Positions 13,518 to 28,161 are shown, counted from the first letter of the stretch. The stretch is 64,000 bases of DNA from Octopus vulgaris (GCA_951406725.2 OX597826.1:20770001-20834000); one strand, 5' to 3'. Notes: generated by a model from the letters alone, not told the origin. A program made the numbers and translations.

Positions 13518-15014
13518 TATTATACACGCTACTATATACACCATTATACGCTTTATCAGTGGTCTTTGTGCTATATTATACCCACTACTAATGGTCTACA
13601 TAGTGTTTTGCACATTACTTTTGATCGGCGCACTTCCCTCGCACACACACACACACACTGCTATTATCTAAACGCTGTTTTCTGATGAACTAATGACGGC
13701 TTTTACATGGCCTATACATTATATTATAGATTGTTGATCTATATAAATCCACTGCACTATACACACAACTTGTTATACCACAGAACTCAATAATAACCAA
13801 TTAACTAACTTAATTACAATCCTTTCATTCTGTCCTCCTTCTCAAAACTTTCAAACTGCTCCTCCATATTTTATTTCTCTTACTTTCCGTTTATTTCCAT
13901 TTACTTCCGTTCACATTTGTTTAATTCCGTTTACTTAATATTTATTTTTGTTTATTACTGTTCACCCCGCAAGAAACGTCATCAAAAATGAACTCTGTGT
14001 TTTTTTATTAAACGATTTAAATCATGGATTAGGGTTGAGAGATCGATTTTTCATTGACCTGTCTTTATAAATGACCGACTCTGGCGTTAGAAAGGACCAT
14101 AAAGGGTCAAGCTGAACAGTGGCGAGCTGTGAGGAGGGAAAGAAAAGGAGAGAAAGTTTCAATCGCTGAAGAACAAATTCTCTTTTTAAGGTTTTTTTGT
14201 CCGAAACTTTAGATACATCAAAATGTCAGTGTCAAACGACCGATGAGGATGTTCTGGTGATAGCTGTGTGAATGTGGATTTTGTGATAAACAAAGCATCT
14301 AAGTGGAAAGGCATGTCAGCCACCACACATATCCTGTTACCAAAGAAATTTCCAATCTGAGTGAGATTAGACAATTCTGAGTTTGAGTAGGAGATCCAGA
14401 GTTTCTCTTCTGAGTTTCTTCTCAAGGACAATCAGCTATCAATTTTATAGTGCTACCGCTGCTTAAAATGTCTTGCAATAAAGGGAGGGGGTGGGGGTCA
14501 TTTATGAACACTTTTCACGCAATACAAACCACTCGCTTCTCGGCTGGTTGTCTGCTGCCCAACACCTCACCCCTACATCCAGTCACCCTCCCACTCGCCA
14601 TTCATAAACTATTTAAATAAAATAAAAACCCAAATAATCCACTGCATGATTGAAGTGAAACAAATATCGATCTATTGGCGATCCAGGACCGAGCTTATTT
14701 CCATGTTAGTAATTAAACCAATTATGTTCGCTTTGTATAATTACTTTTTACTCATTTGCTGTGTGTGAAGCTGATTAGTTGTGTGTGTGTGGATGTGTGG
14801 GTGTGCATGTGTTATCAATCTAGATATCAAATATTAATGAATATATTGCCGAGTGGAACTGTGTTTAACTATTAGGCTATAAGGAACTGGGGATGTACTT
14901 TATCTCTCTTTCTCTCTCTCTCTCACACACACACACACACGCACACACACACACACACACACTCCTTCTCTCTTTTTTCTTCCTTTCTTTCTCTCACTAT
15001 TTCTCTCTCTCTCC

Positions 15015-15062
<48 letters not shown>

Positions 15063-15852
15063 CACCCCCACACACAAAATGGACGATCATCGGAGAGATG
15101 AAATATGTGTGGGTTGTATGAGACAGTGTGTGTGTGTGTGTGTGACGGAGAGATAGATAGGTAGATAGAGAGAGGGGTGTACTGTAATTATAGACCTGAA
15201 AAGGATGACAGGCAAAGTTGACCTTAGTAGTTTTTGAACCCATGACTCGGAGATCCAGAACAAAAACCACCAAGCATTCCATTAGATACTCTACCAACTC
15301 CTTTCAGTCTCTGCTTTAACTAATTAATTAGTGTAGACACAGAGATGTAGTTATTACAGAGACGTAAGTTAATTAATGCAGAATGCAAATTATTAGACAA
15401 ATTCTATGGAATAGTGCTAGTTAAATTAGCAATAACATGTTATGAAATAACTACCCCGGGTAGATTAAAACCAACAGTTGTAATTGAACTAACAACATAA
15501 AAGTACGGGTAGAATTAAAAATCTAATGCGAGAACTGGTTGAATCCGGTTTATAACTTCAGTTTTATTCATATAAGTCATTATTCATTCATAAATCAACG
15601 AAATGATGAGGATTAATTAATTTAAAAAAACAAACATAAATCAATGCTCTAATTATGCTTGGTTAACGTTTCCCAGACAGATTTTGGTCTGGCATTTGTT
15701 CAATTCCATATTCTTTATGTTTTGTCTGGCATCTCGATCAAGTCAGCTTCAATAATTCAAATTCTTCATCAATATCGAAACTATTGAGATTTCTATGGAA
15801 TCAATGAAGTCATCAATGACAAACAACTCCGAGTTTGGTTTCTATGTATCTC

Positions 15853-15887
<35 letters not shown>

Positions 15888-15991
15888 TGATGATGATAAT
15901 GAATAAATGGAACAAATATGAGTTCCCTTTCTATTGTTTATTCAATTATTGTTAATAAAATTAACATCCAAGGACAAATATATACACAACA

Positions 15992-16042
<51 letters not shown>

Positions 16043-16446
16043 TTCTCTTTCTCTTCATCTTCATGTGTGTGTGTGTGTGTGTGTATGTATGTGTGCGCGT
16101 GTGTGGAGGGGAGAGAATTGGAAACGCCGCTTCCACATGTGAATGTTTTGACGTCTTTCGAGGAACAGAAGGAGTGGAGGGTGGAACCTCTTTGAGTACA
16201 GACTGACTGACGAAAGAGAATATGTTGGAATAATTTGAAATGAAGAAGAAATAAGACTTTTATTGTTATGTAACTGTTAATTGTTCGCAGGAAACAATAG
16301 AATATAGTGGAGGAAATATAGAAAACTGGAAAGAAATATCTGTAATTGAGATATCTGATGGATTTTATTCCGTCTTAGAATTGTTCATCTTTTATTTCGA
16401 AAAAGATTTTAAACATCTACTAGAAGAGAGATGTGTGTGTGTATGT

Positions 16447-16516
<70 letters not shown>

Positions 16517-17039
16517 GGCAAAAGAAAAGTTTTACATTTGAAAAAACTCACCCAATCGATCTTTGAGAGATTTTAATAAAAGAGTATGAAACGAAAAGAA
16601 TGAACAAAAAAAGACGAAATTCAGCGTTTGTGTTTTGAAAACAATGACAGACGTTTATTGTTGATCTTTAGTGGGCGAATGAGAAGAGGTGGGCCCAGCT
16701 CTTTATTTTCATTTCTTTGGTGAAAAGAAATAGAAACAAAATTAGATTTCAAGGGAAAAACACACAAACAGAAACTAAGTCAAGAAACTCTTTACCGATT
16801 CCACTTCATTCCCTCCGACCTCGCTAACTTTTTACTTTTGTAGATTTCGAGCCACGACAAGTGGGCAGCTGCAGACAAACAACATTCATGGAGTTCCTGA
16901 AATCTTTCCTTAACCATTCTTTGTTCTCCAGTGCTTCCCTTTTAGTCTTCTTCTTCTTCTTCTTCTCGCATCTTTCACCGTTCCTTATTCCTTTTCCCTT
17001 TCTCGGTCAATGTCCATTGAATTCGTTTTGATCTCTTCT

Positions 17040-17530
17040 ACATACTTCTAACATGTTATATTCCTGTACCACTTCAAATATAATTTATTCTCTCTGCTAC
17101 TTCAATATCTCAATATCAACCAATTTAGTATGTCTTTTGTTAAGACATATCACTTTAGAATATACATTATGACATGTGTGAAATAAGATATACCTCAATA
17201 TCTTAAGATCTACTTCTTTAAATACATCTTATTATTGTCTGGATGGAATTTATATTTTATTATCTTAAAGAACATCCCTTTCGATACATCTGATTGTATC
17301 TCTGTGATACAAACTCCTATATTTTCAGCTGCACTATTCTAAATATATCATATTGTATAGAAGTAATATATACAGGAATATTTCAACATTTATGCTTATA
17401 TCTTCATGTCTTGAAGTTAAGATGTACCATTCTAAGAATATCTTATTATTTCGGTGTCGTACTTGAATTTGTTAAGATGTACCATTCCAAATATATTTTA
17501 ATGTTTTGATGTTAAGATGTATGTACCATT
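17040..17530. repeat. Degenerate ~40-60-bp tandem repeat (GTTAAGATGTACCATTC core)
   Basis: Core recurs at ~17416, ~17471 and partly ~17511, with weaker copies upstream. Confidence 0.5.
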
Positions 17531-17569
17531 ACTGAGAAAAACCTGTTTCCAAGACGAGCCAAAGAAAGA

Positions 17570-17770
17570 TCTTCTGCTTCGCCATTCTACCTGCTAGAAA
17601 TAGTTGCCAAATCTCTCTCAAATCACACTCTAGCAACTTTAAGTATAAGAAGGGTATATTTAATAATGTAGTCTGAATTAAACTATCTCTAAAACCTCTC
17701 AAGATGGCCATGGTTGGAACACCTTTAATCGAAGATCTGCTCATCCTCGAGATGAATAGGGGTTTAAAGA
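17570..17770 (+). mobile_element. Old dispersed repeat family E (SINE-like, (AAC)n tail), representative copy
   Basis: Motifs gctagaaatagcagccaaatctccctcaaatcacac and ggatggtcacggctggaatgcctttgatc...gacctggggctaaacaacaac recur at ~4720-4840, 10345-10530, 24400-24640, 34880-35020, 39940-40115, 46358-46705, 53340-53440, 58497-58690 and 62675-62880. Confidence 0.65.
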
Positions 17771-17999
17771 AGTTCAGTCATTGACTAAACGACAGCGACA
17801 ACAACAACAACAACAACAAACTGTTTTAATCAAGTCTGCGACTGCCATTTTCAGATTCTTCAATCCATTTCTATCAAAACAGTCGACCAAATTCCGTTGG
17901 AAAGACTTTCTGCGAGAGGATTTCTCTCTTTATTTGCTGTCATGTTTGTTTATTTTGTTTATGACAGAAGTAAAGTTTACATTGAACGGTAGAATATGA

Positions 18000-18195
18000 T
18001 ACATGTTACATTAGAGACTACATGTTAGAACATAATGCATGTTAGTTCAGTCAGTACATGTTAGATGAGTACTTACATGTATGATCTCCTTTTATGTCTA
18101 AGACAATTCCTTACATGCAAGACCAGACCTCACATGTAAGACTTGACTTTACATGTAAGACGAATATTTACATGTGTAATGTCTGAAACATGTAT
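18000..18195. repeat. 19-bp-period minisatellite built on the palindrome CTTACATGTAAG
   Basis: Units at ~18072, 18091, 18110, 18129, 18148 and 18167, preceded by (A)CATGTTA units at ~18001-18063. Confidence 0.7.
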
Positions 18196-18596
18196 TATTT
18201 CACAGTATTGACTGTATTTCAATACTGTTAATCGCTCCGTATTTTGATCTGTGCCTTCAAACTATAAAAGTAAAATTAAGTCACAGAAACTACCTTCCGT
18301 CCCGACAGACTTTCAAGAGGGAATGGTGACATATTTAATGCTGGGATGTGGTTACTTTATCACACACACACAAACATGCGTTCTGAGGAAGGTACCTGAA
18401 CAGTCCAGCACCTCACAACAAGTGGGTCTCATATCCCAACTATAGTTTTCAAGTTTACCAGTATCGCGGGTACAATCCGTCCCATGATCTCTCACCCCGT
18501 CTCCGTCCACTCGCCAAAGATAACACTTCTCTAACTTGACATTAACCCCTTAAGCACTGTGTCCATTATATGTGTGTGTGTATGTGTATGTAAGCA

Positions 18597-18695
<99 letters not shown>

Positions 18696-18738
18696 ATCAA
18701 TCTGTCTCTATGCATCTATCTATCTATCTACCTAGCTA

Positions 18739-18787
<49 letters not shown>

Positions 18788-19988
18788 TTCTTTTTTCACT
18801 TGCACACATGTACACACACACACACACACATATGCACTATGTCACACACAGACAGAATGGAACCCGCTTATTATAATCATGACTCGAAACACGTTCAAGG
18901 TATTGTGACATAGCCTGAATATTATTGTTCGCTTATTATTATCAACAAGGGTCCGTTCTAAAATGATCACAATGATAGGGTTCGATTGCACGCAAACTCG
19001 CTCACACTTACGTGCGACTAAATGTGGGTTTATATATATAATACATATATATGTATGCGTGTGTGTGTGTGTGTACGTATCCATCCATCTACACATAAAC
19101 ACATACATACATACGCACATGCATACATACATATCTACATTCGTCCATCAGAATGGCAGCAGAAGAGAATGATGCTATAAAGAGATTTCCTTCAGCCGAC
19201 CGTTCTTATTTGATGGCGTTAATTATACAGTAACGAATGAATATTTAAAAGGGCGGGAAAAGACCGTCTTAGACCGACACCACCATCATCAGCCCCATCA
19301 TCATAAATAGCAACACCATCTCCATCCTGATCGCTACCACTGTTATTACCATCAACATCATCATCACTATAATCGTAAACATTATCATTACTGAAAAATA
19401 AATAAAATAAATAACAATAATGGTTATGATGATGATGATGATGATGATGATAATAATAATAATAATAATGAGAGAAAGAAGTTAATTAAAGGATACATAC
19501 AAATTGTTACTTTTAAATCTCTTCCAAATTAATTATACGGGAAGAAATGTTTTGCTTAATTTTATATATATTTTTTTCCAAATATTGTTTTTTTTTTTAT
19601 TCTCAGCAAAATCTGTCTTGTAATTACTTGTATTGATTAATTCACAAAACTTCCAACTAAAAGAATGACGACAAAATTTAATCGACGAAAACGAGAGAGA
19701 CAGCGAAAATATCAAGAATCTGTTTATTTAATTGCCAAAACTATTTTTTTTAAAGTTTCCTTTAAATTTTCTCGTCATTTTGTTTTGTGATGTTTTGGTC
19801 TTAGTCCATTATTTTAAAGATTATTAGTGTGTATATAATGTGTAGTTGTAATTATGGGTGTATATAATATGTGTATATATATAATGTATACTTGGAATTA
19901 CGCGTACAGACACATATATATATGTATATGTACATATGTGTATGTGTGTGTGTGTATATTTGTGTATATGCACCTATACACACACACG

Positions 19989-20055
<67 letters not shown>

Positions 20056-20667
20056 ATATATGTATATATGCATATATGTGTGTCTAACGAATAATTAATA
20101 TTTTTATTTTAAAAAAAAAGACAATTAACAGTAGAATACATTAAAATTTTGTGTATGATTAGTTAAGAAAATTAACTTAAACTGGACAAAGTATGTTATT
20201 GTAATTAAAGGGTGTGGGTGGGGTATTAAGGAAATATTGTTGTTATCAAAAACATGACATTCACAGAATTAGAGCCCTCACATCACATCTGTACACATAC
20301 GTGCACACACATACATACCATTACATATACGTACAGCCTTCACAGGCCTCACTTCAACTGTCGTTGTACCACACACACACACACACACACCTATTCACAG
20401 CATCATAGCCCACACATCACCCTACAAACACGCAAGTGAACAACAAACACTGAATTTTAACGACAGTTAAATTTGAATAAATGAAAATTGATTTTTATTT
20501 TTGTTAAAAGTGAGAATATTTCAACCATAAAACCTGAAATAATTAAAGAGTTCAACATTTTCACTCTTATTTTTCGAATAAAATTTGAAAAAAATTAAAA
20601 CTTTGAAGTGTATTATTCTTAGTGTGTAGCTGTGTGTGTGTGTGTACACACACACACACACACACAC

Positions 20668-20731
<64 letters not shown>

Positions 20732-20865
20732 ATTACGTACCCGAATAATAAAGGTGTACCATGGTAGAGATGGGGTTAATAAACATAAAACGTGTTTAAG
20801 TTTGATTAAACAAAGGAAGGAAGGAAAGGAAAAAAGAAGGAAGGAGTTCACTGGGTGATATTTCA

Positions 20866-20972
20866 CTGGTAGTGGTGATGGTGGTGGTAGTGGTGGAGAT
20901 GGTGGTAGTGGTGGAGATGGTGGTAGTGGTGGTGATGGTGGTAGTGGTGGAGATGGTGGTAGTGGTGGTGGA
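20866..20972. repeat. 18-bp minisatellite GGTGGTAGTGGTGGAGAT, ~6 copies
   Basis: Directly visible; gives the PPSPPL pseudo-ORF. Confidence 0.85.
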
Positions 20973-21247
20973 TATGTCCTACACTTAAAAAAAAACCCCA
21001 CCAAACACACTTTACGTCGCCCTTGTCATAAATTAAGATCGATATTAAAACTTAATCGAAGCCAATCGCTGTTGAATCTTAAGAAAATCTTAAGAAGGAG
21101 AGAGCGGGGTGAGTGTTTGGGGGGGGGCGAGGGAGGCACATACAGTCGAAACTTGAATTAATTAATAAGGACCCTGCGACTATATATTTTATGTATATAC
21201 ACAGAGTAACAATACAGTTTATAAATAGATTTAGAATACTTTTATGA

Positions 21248-21466
21248 ATTGGTTTCAAATTTTGGCACAAGGCCAGCAATTTCGTGGGAGGAGGTAAGTC
21301 GATTACATCGACCCCCGGTACTCGATTGGTATTCATTTTATAGACTCCGAGAGCAAGAATGGTAAAGTCGATCTCGGCGGAGTTTGAACTCAGAACATAA
21401 AGACGGACGAAATGCCGCTAAGCAATTTTTCCGGCATGCTGAAGGTTCTTCCAGCTTGTTGTCTTA
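21248..21466 (-). mobile_element. tRNA-derived SINE family A copy
   Basis: Reverse complement of the 38811/56897 copies (aaagtcgatctcggcggagtttgaactcagaac...). Confidence 0.8.
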
Positions 21467-21546
21467 GATTAGTTTATTATATTCACACATTTATAACACT
21501 ATTTTTTTATATACGCTGATTTTAACAATGCTATTATATATATGTG

Positions 21547-21577
<31 letters not shown>

Positions 21578-24094
21578 CTGTACTATTATAGTAGCAGTTA
21601 TACATAGATGTATGTATATATGTACATACTTACATATATACATACATACATATGTATGTGTGTGTATGTATATATGTGTGTGTATATATATATACATGTA
21701 TGCATATATACATGCACATATACACATATATATGTGTATGTATGTATATATATATAAATATTTATATATATATATATATTTATATATATATGTATGTATG
21801 TATGTATACATGTATGCATATATACATACACATATACACATATATATGTGTATGTATGTATGTGTATGTATATATTTGTATGTATGCATATGTGACAATA
21901 CTTACATATGCACTATGAGTAACAATAGTGTCACATATATACACGCTTATTATAACTATAATTCGTTTATATACACTTATAATGGTTTCCAATATAGGCA
22001 CAAGGCCAGCAGTGTTGAGGGGAGGGTGTCAGCCGATACCATCGCCCCAGTACTTTATTTTATCGACGTCGAAAAGATGAAAGACCATAGCAATACTTTT
22101 GTTATTGTACAGTACTACAGAGTGTATATAGAGATATAGAGAGATATACTATATATAATACAAGATGTTTGTACGTCAGTTTTATTCATTCGATTGCATA
22201 AGATTGACGCCAGTGCCTATGACCCTTTTTCTGTTGTTTCGTGACCGATGGATGGATGAAAGGGAGGAAGGTATTCGCAGACAGAAGACTTGGCCCAAAT
22301 CTTTGCAACAGAATCATTCCACTCAAAGGTATCCAAGGTATCCAAAGTATCCAAGGTTTGCGGCAAGTGATTAAATCTACTTTTGATTTACAGGGCAAGA
22401 TTTGAACTCAGAACGCAAAATCCGTAACAAATACCGCAATGAAACCCGTTCTTTCAGACACTATAATGATCCCGCTGGATCACACCCTAAATTAGAAATT
22501 AATTTATCGACTCTGGGATGATGAAAGACAAAGTTGATCTAGGCTGGATTTGAACTCAGAACACAAGGGAGTCGGAATAACTACTGCAATGTGTCTCATT
22601 ACATAAAGTATTGGTTAACATCTTCAGATCTCTGTGGAGTTTAACATTGCAACAAAACACTATTAACACTCAGCAGTTTATTAATAATAAGCCATACAAA
22701 AGACGGGAGTTTCTATAAAATGAAATTAATTTTCCTGAAACAGTAAAGTTTTGAGACAAATATTTTGGTGATTCTGGTTAAATTCTAACCACTAAAAAGG
22801 GGGGCGGGGAAATAGTTTGATTTAATATTTACAGAAACAGGGCACGGCATACAAACTGAAGAGATTCTAGCTATGAATACAGTGCAAATGAAAGGTGACG
22901 AAGCATAAAACGACAACTGAAACAACCAGATTTTACTCTCAGATTGCAATATGCAGTCAGTGTTCGTGACTTTTGGCCCATTGACCCACCCTGGACAAGT
23001 TTTTACTGAAACAAATCATTAAGAACAACTTTAATTGTTTTCTTTTATTACCGATTAGATCAAATATCTTACTGTAAATATATACATATTGTACACACAC
23101 ACACACACACACACATTGCTGGTTGTTTGTGAGGCAAGGAAATAAGCTGAGTGACTGAACGTAGTGTTAGTAGAATGCATAGAAAACTTCTGACTTGGGT
23201 CATGACAAGGAAAATTGGTATTGTTACAGCTTGGCTGATTTATCGAACATTGACACAGCTCCACAATAGTATAGTATTTAGTTACTATATTATGTAACAT
23301 AACAGTAACATACAATATAGGAGTCACGATACCACTTGAGTATGTAGTTACAAACACTGCCACCATTTTATCCGTCACTCTCAAAACCGCTGCCATTCTG
23401 TCCATCATTCAGTTAATAGCGCTACCATTGTATTTGTCACTCTCTCGACCACCTCAGCATATCATTATCAATCTGTGAAGAGCAATGAAGATGTTGAATT
23501 TGAAAAAGCTGAGCTGTTTGGTCGTAGACAGCAGTAAAAACAGTAATAATTGAAGCTAAGTACCTCAATAACCATCTCTGTTTATAACAGTTATATATCT
23601 ACACGGGACAGCTGACAACGCCGTCATAAAACAGCGTGACGTAAGTCAACACTAGAAAAATATGCACTTACGGTTGAACAACATGATCGCCCGAAATAGC
23701 AGTCAAAACTCCCTCAAATCATACTCTACAGTATATATATATATATAGTTTGCACTTCCGTTATAGGCAGGATCAACAAAGAAGTACTCTGTCTAATGAT
23801 TGATAAATATCATTTAATATACACGATAACAAAAGAGCTATTGATAGTTTCATGCTTTAGAAATACAACAAATTGGCAGATTATATAACATATCATGCAT
23901 TTCTAAGCAATCTTTCGGGCTCAGAGCATATCGTTAGATGTATTTAAAAGTCAGGACGCTGGTCTATGAGAAAAAAAAACGAGAGGAAGGTTGATGTAAA
24001 AAGAGGAAAGAAAAGTAAGAAAACCAAGATCTGCCAATTTATTGTATCTCTAAAGCATGAAACTCTAAGTAGCTCTTTTAAAAATTTTTTGTAT

Positions 24095-24277
24095 ATAAGA
24101 TGCAGTGGTGAGTGCTTGAACATCACCTTATAGGTAGAAACAGTCATTAGTTAGTGAAGCTGGTCGCCTAATTCCTGCTCCTTTGTCATTCCATTAATTA
24201 CATACGACGCTCTTTACTCCTGAAAGCTTTAGTCTGAAGCTTATGTATATTGAGTTCTTACCTAAGCGAAACCTAAC

Positions 24278-24282
<5 letters not shown>
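24095..24282 (+). mobile_element. Dispersed repeat related to the 30094-30470 hairpin element
   Basis: aagatgcagtgg..tgagtgcttgaa.a.cacctta and agaaaca......agytartgaagytg are shared with 30293-30455; its 3' end matches the reverse complement of 30094-30140. Confidence 0.5.
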
Positions 24283-24326
<44 letters not shown>

Positions 24327-25590
24327 GTAATGTATGCGCGCGCGTGCGTGTGCAGACATCGGTTAATGTACTCCAAAGGTATACTGCACTCTGAATGAGT
24401 GAGATTCAGGATGGTCAAAGCTGGAGTGCCTTTAATCATTGAGTTGCTCACACAAAACTGACCTGGGGCTAAACAACAACATCAAGACAAACCAATGCGT
24501 GAGTTTCTATGTGATTGCTTTACCTGTTAGAAATAGCAGTGAAATCTTCCTGAAATTATACTCTCCCACTTAAAAAAATGTCGTATACATTGAGTAATGC
24601 AATCCATTGGCCAGAAAAAGGAACAAGACAAAATGGTTGAGGCGGAAGATTTTATAGAATTTATTTTATCTTATTTATGTGAAAGAGAAAATTTGGTAGG
24701 AAAGAGTTTTTAAGATAGGTTGGTGACATACAGACTGACTGACCAACCATGGTGGCGGCCCATGGGCAGGTGGAGGGGGATGAACATAGTCAGTGAATTA
24801 ACGTTTGTTGTTAGCATTTGTAATAATTGTCTTTTCTTTCTGAGTTCAAATCCCGTCGACTTTGCCTTCCTTCCTTTCTGGGTCAATAAGATAAGCACCG
24901 GTTCAAGCGCCGGGGTTCGATGCTAAAGTCTGAAAATAAATATTCGTAAAAGTTGTGAGGAAAAAATGTTGACAAAGCCTCAGCAATGTGGCGATAACAA
25001 CGTTGCGGTGATGATATTGAAGATAATAACGTGATGGCGATAATGTGATGATACTGATGATGATAAGGTGATGACAATGCTGTGATGACACTAATTAAGA
25101 GATGATAATGTTAAGAATCAACGATCAGCTACATTCATATCAACATCTTGACGATGACAGCTCCAACATAGTGACACCATGCATGTGATGACAGCAATAC
25201 CGTCAACGGAATTACGCTGACAGTAATTTGGTTGCACCAGGCCAATAGCTTGATGTTGTTGATGTTGTTGCTGTTGTCGTGGTGGATGATGATGATGATG
25301 GTGGTGGTGGTGGTGGCGGTGAAAATGATAATCTTGTTTCACTCAAATCAGTGAAATTCTACAAATTTGCAGAAAAAAATCTCTTTATGCAATTGTTTCT
25401 GTGTAGAACGATGAACACGCGCGCGCACGCACATATACACATACACACACACATGCACACACACACACACACGCACACACATACACACACACACATACAC
25501 ACACGCACACACAAGTCAGAGACGCCATCCGTTTGAAAACACTACAGTTAAGTTAGTATTAAAAGATTTAATGTAGTGACTGGTGAAAAT

Positions 25591-25807
25591 ATTGGCTTCC
25601 AATTTTGTCAGAAGGTCAACAAGAATGGGGGCGGGGTAAGTCGATAACATTGACTCCAGAACTCCACTGGTACTTAATTTATCGACCCCGAAAGGATGAA
25701 AGGCAAAGTCAACGTCGGCGGAATTTGAACTCAAAACGTAGCGGCAAACGAAATACCGCTAACCATTTCGCCTCCCGGCGTGCAAGCATTTCTGCCAGTT
25801 CGCCACA
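25591..25807 (-). mobile_element. SINE family A copy
   Basis: Near-consensus ctggtacttaatttatcgaccccgaaaggatgaaaggcaaagtc...ggaatttgaactc. Confidence 0.85.
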
Positions 25808-26027
25808 TTTGACAAATGAAAATCTTATCAGAGATAATGTGGTGAGGAAAAGACAATATTAGCTGAATGTGAGTGGGAGAGATCGAAAGAAAGGAAAGAA
25901 AGTAGCACGTGTAAAGAGAGAGAGAGAGTATGCAGAAAGAAGACGGTGTTACTGGTCTAAGAACAACTATGAAGCCTCAACTCCGTCGGCTTCCCACAAT
26001 GAAATGCTTAAACTTAATTCTGTTCAT

Positions 26028-26200
26028 TGCGTGTCGTAGTGGTTAGTATGTTGGGTTCATGATCATTTGGTTCTGGTTTCGATTCTTAGATCGAATGGCG
26101 CGTTGTGTCCTTAAGCAAGTTACTTCATTTACCGTAGCTTCAGAAAAATCAGCGGGAAAACGAGTACCAGCTGCAGTTTGGAGTCACCCTTGTGACGGTC
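26028..26200 (+). mobile_element. Degenerate tRNA-head CORE-like SINE fragment
   Basis: tagtggttag...gtttcgattc...gcgttgtgtccttaagcaag resembles the head of 57699-58023. Confidence 0.55.
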
Positions 26201-26474
26201 GGACATCCGATGACGGGCCTTGTACATTCGCTTCGTTCTCACAGATAATCTCTTGCTCGGTCGACCTTCAGACTCTACTCTTTCTTCCTCTCTCCCACTC
26301 TTCACTGTCTTTCTTTCTCTCCCTCTCTCTCTCTCTACAATTTAAAATATTTTTATATGCTAAATATATTTTTTGCATTAGAATATTTCTCTTTTTTCTA
26401 TATTTTAATTTATATATTTAATTACATACATTACATATATGTGTGTGTATGTGTGTGCGTATATATGTGTATGT

Positions 26475-26516
<42 letters not shown>

Positions 26517-26524
26517 TATATAAG

Positions 26525-26560
<36 letters not shown>

Positions 26561-27142
26561 CATGTTTGTACCTGTGTGTCCATATATGCATGTGTATGTA
26601 TATACATACACATGTGCAGTATGTGTGCGTGTGTGTGTGTCTGTGTGTGCGTGTGTGTTTTAAATTCCCGCCTCTCCTTGCTCTCCTTGACAGATGGAGA
26701 GAAAAGACATTTCAAACAAAGCCATGACAAGAGAGAAAATCTTTCTATAAATTTTTAATCGCTCCATTTTCTATTCCAGATTACATTGTGTTTGTTGTCT
26801 GTCTGTCAGTTCAGCCAGTCTGTCTGTGTGTCTATCGGTTACTCAGTCCATTTACTCCCTTACTCCGTTACTCTGCCTCTCCCCTCTCATACTCCCTTCT
26901 CCAACTCTTTGAAATTTTCTCAATTTACTTTAAATCATTTTCCTTAATAAACTTTCACCTCCATTCATGCTCTTTGTCCACTCTCTCTCTCTCCCTTTCC
27001 ACTCCCCTTCTCTCCCCTCTCTCCACTTTCCCAACCCATCCGCTTCTCCACCTCTCTCTACCCCGTTACTTTCTTTTGTCCTTCCCCCGCTTTCTTGCCT
27101 CACGTTTTAGTCTCTCTTCTTCTCCTGTTTCTTTCTTCATCA

Positions 27143-27175
<33 letters not shown>

Positions 27176-27440
27176 ACATTTCTACACACACACACACACA
27201 CAACGCATCCATGAAGTTTTAAATTTCCCCATTTCAGTTTGCAACATTCTCTCTCTGCTAAAAAAACTACCACCGCCAACATGGCCAGCAACACCAACAC
27301 CACAACCGACACAAGTACCACTACCACCCTCTACCACCACCTCTACTACCACCGCCATAACAACTGTAACCAACACCTTACCCATCAAAACCCCACCTCA
27401 CTATACAATATCTTCGGCAGCCTGAAAATTCTATTTCTCA

Positions 27441-27551
27441 TTCTTCTTCTTCTTCTTCTTCTTCTTCTTCTTCTTCTTCTTCTTCTTCTTCTTCTTCTTC
27501 TTCTTCTTCTTCTTCTTCTTCTTCTTCTTCTTCTTCTTCTTCTTCTTCTTC
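27441..27551. repeat. (TTC)n microsatellite
   Basis: Directly visible. Confidence 0.95.
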
Positions 27552-27785
27552 TTTCTCCTTTCCTTTTCTCATTCTGGGGTTCAAATCCCATTTAACCCGA
27601 ACCTCCTCAGAAGGTCTTCTAAAAGAGTTTTCATTCCTAAAAAAAAAACAAGATGGCCCCTCTGTCGTCTGTTCTCACTGTTTCGACAAGGGCTTTCGTG
27701 AGTTTACTCAAGTCACTTCCCTGGTATTTGCACTTACCTTGGTGAGATTGGTCAATTGTCTTCACACAAGCACACACACACACAA

Positions 27786-27835
<50 letters not shown>

Positions 27836-27848
27836 ATATGTATGTATC

Positions 27849-27885
<37 letters not shown>

Positions 27886-27972
27886 TAATTAAAATTTAGT
27901 TGAATTAGGTACTTAAATTGAGGCACCAAGCCAGTTCAGAGTAGACCATGCAGCTCGAAGTTAGGTGAATAA

Positions 27973-28129
27973 AAAGCAAATAAGGAACAAGGATGTCCAG
28001 GTATCAATTCATTACGGCCGTTTCAAGCGGCTCGATTTAATCGATCAATGAAAACATTACATCAATTTGAAAGATACCTGATCGATTAAATGGAGCCGCA
28101 TTGATACCAGGACATCCTGGTTACTCATT

Positions 28130-28135
<6 letters not shown>
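27973..28135 (-). other. Long foldback element containing the 3' half of a hammerhead ribozyme
   Basis: Outer arms 27973-28008/28100-28135 (31/36 match) and inner arms 28027-28047/28079-28099 (20/21). The unpaired 18-nt bulge reads GAAACGGCCGTA on the minus strand. Confidence 0.6.

Positions 28136-28161
<26 letters not shown>

Noticed and set aside
14186-14445. Non-repetitive 81-aa ORF on the minus strand
   Set aside because: No recognisable motif, non-ATG start, and unconvincing splice context.
18000-18195. Repeat-spacer pattern as a CRISPR array
   Set aside because: 19-bp period with 5-7-nt linkers, eukaryotic context and no cas genes.
20866-20972. Extensin-like PPSPPL repeat peptide
   Set aside because: An 18-bp minisatellite inside an ORF otherwise made of simple repeats.
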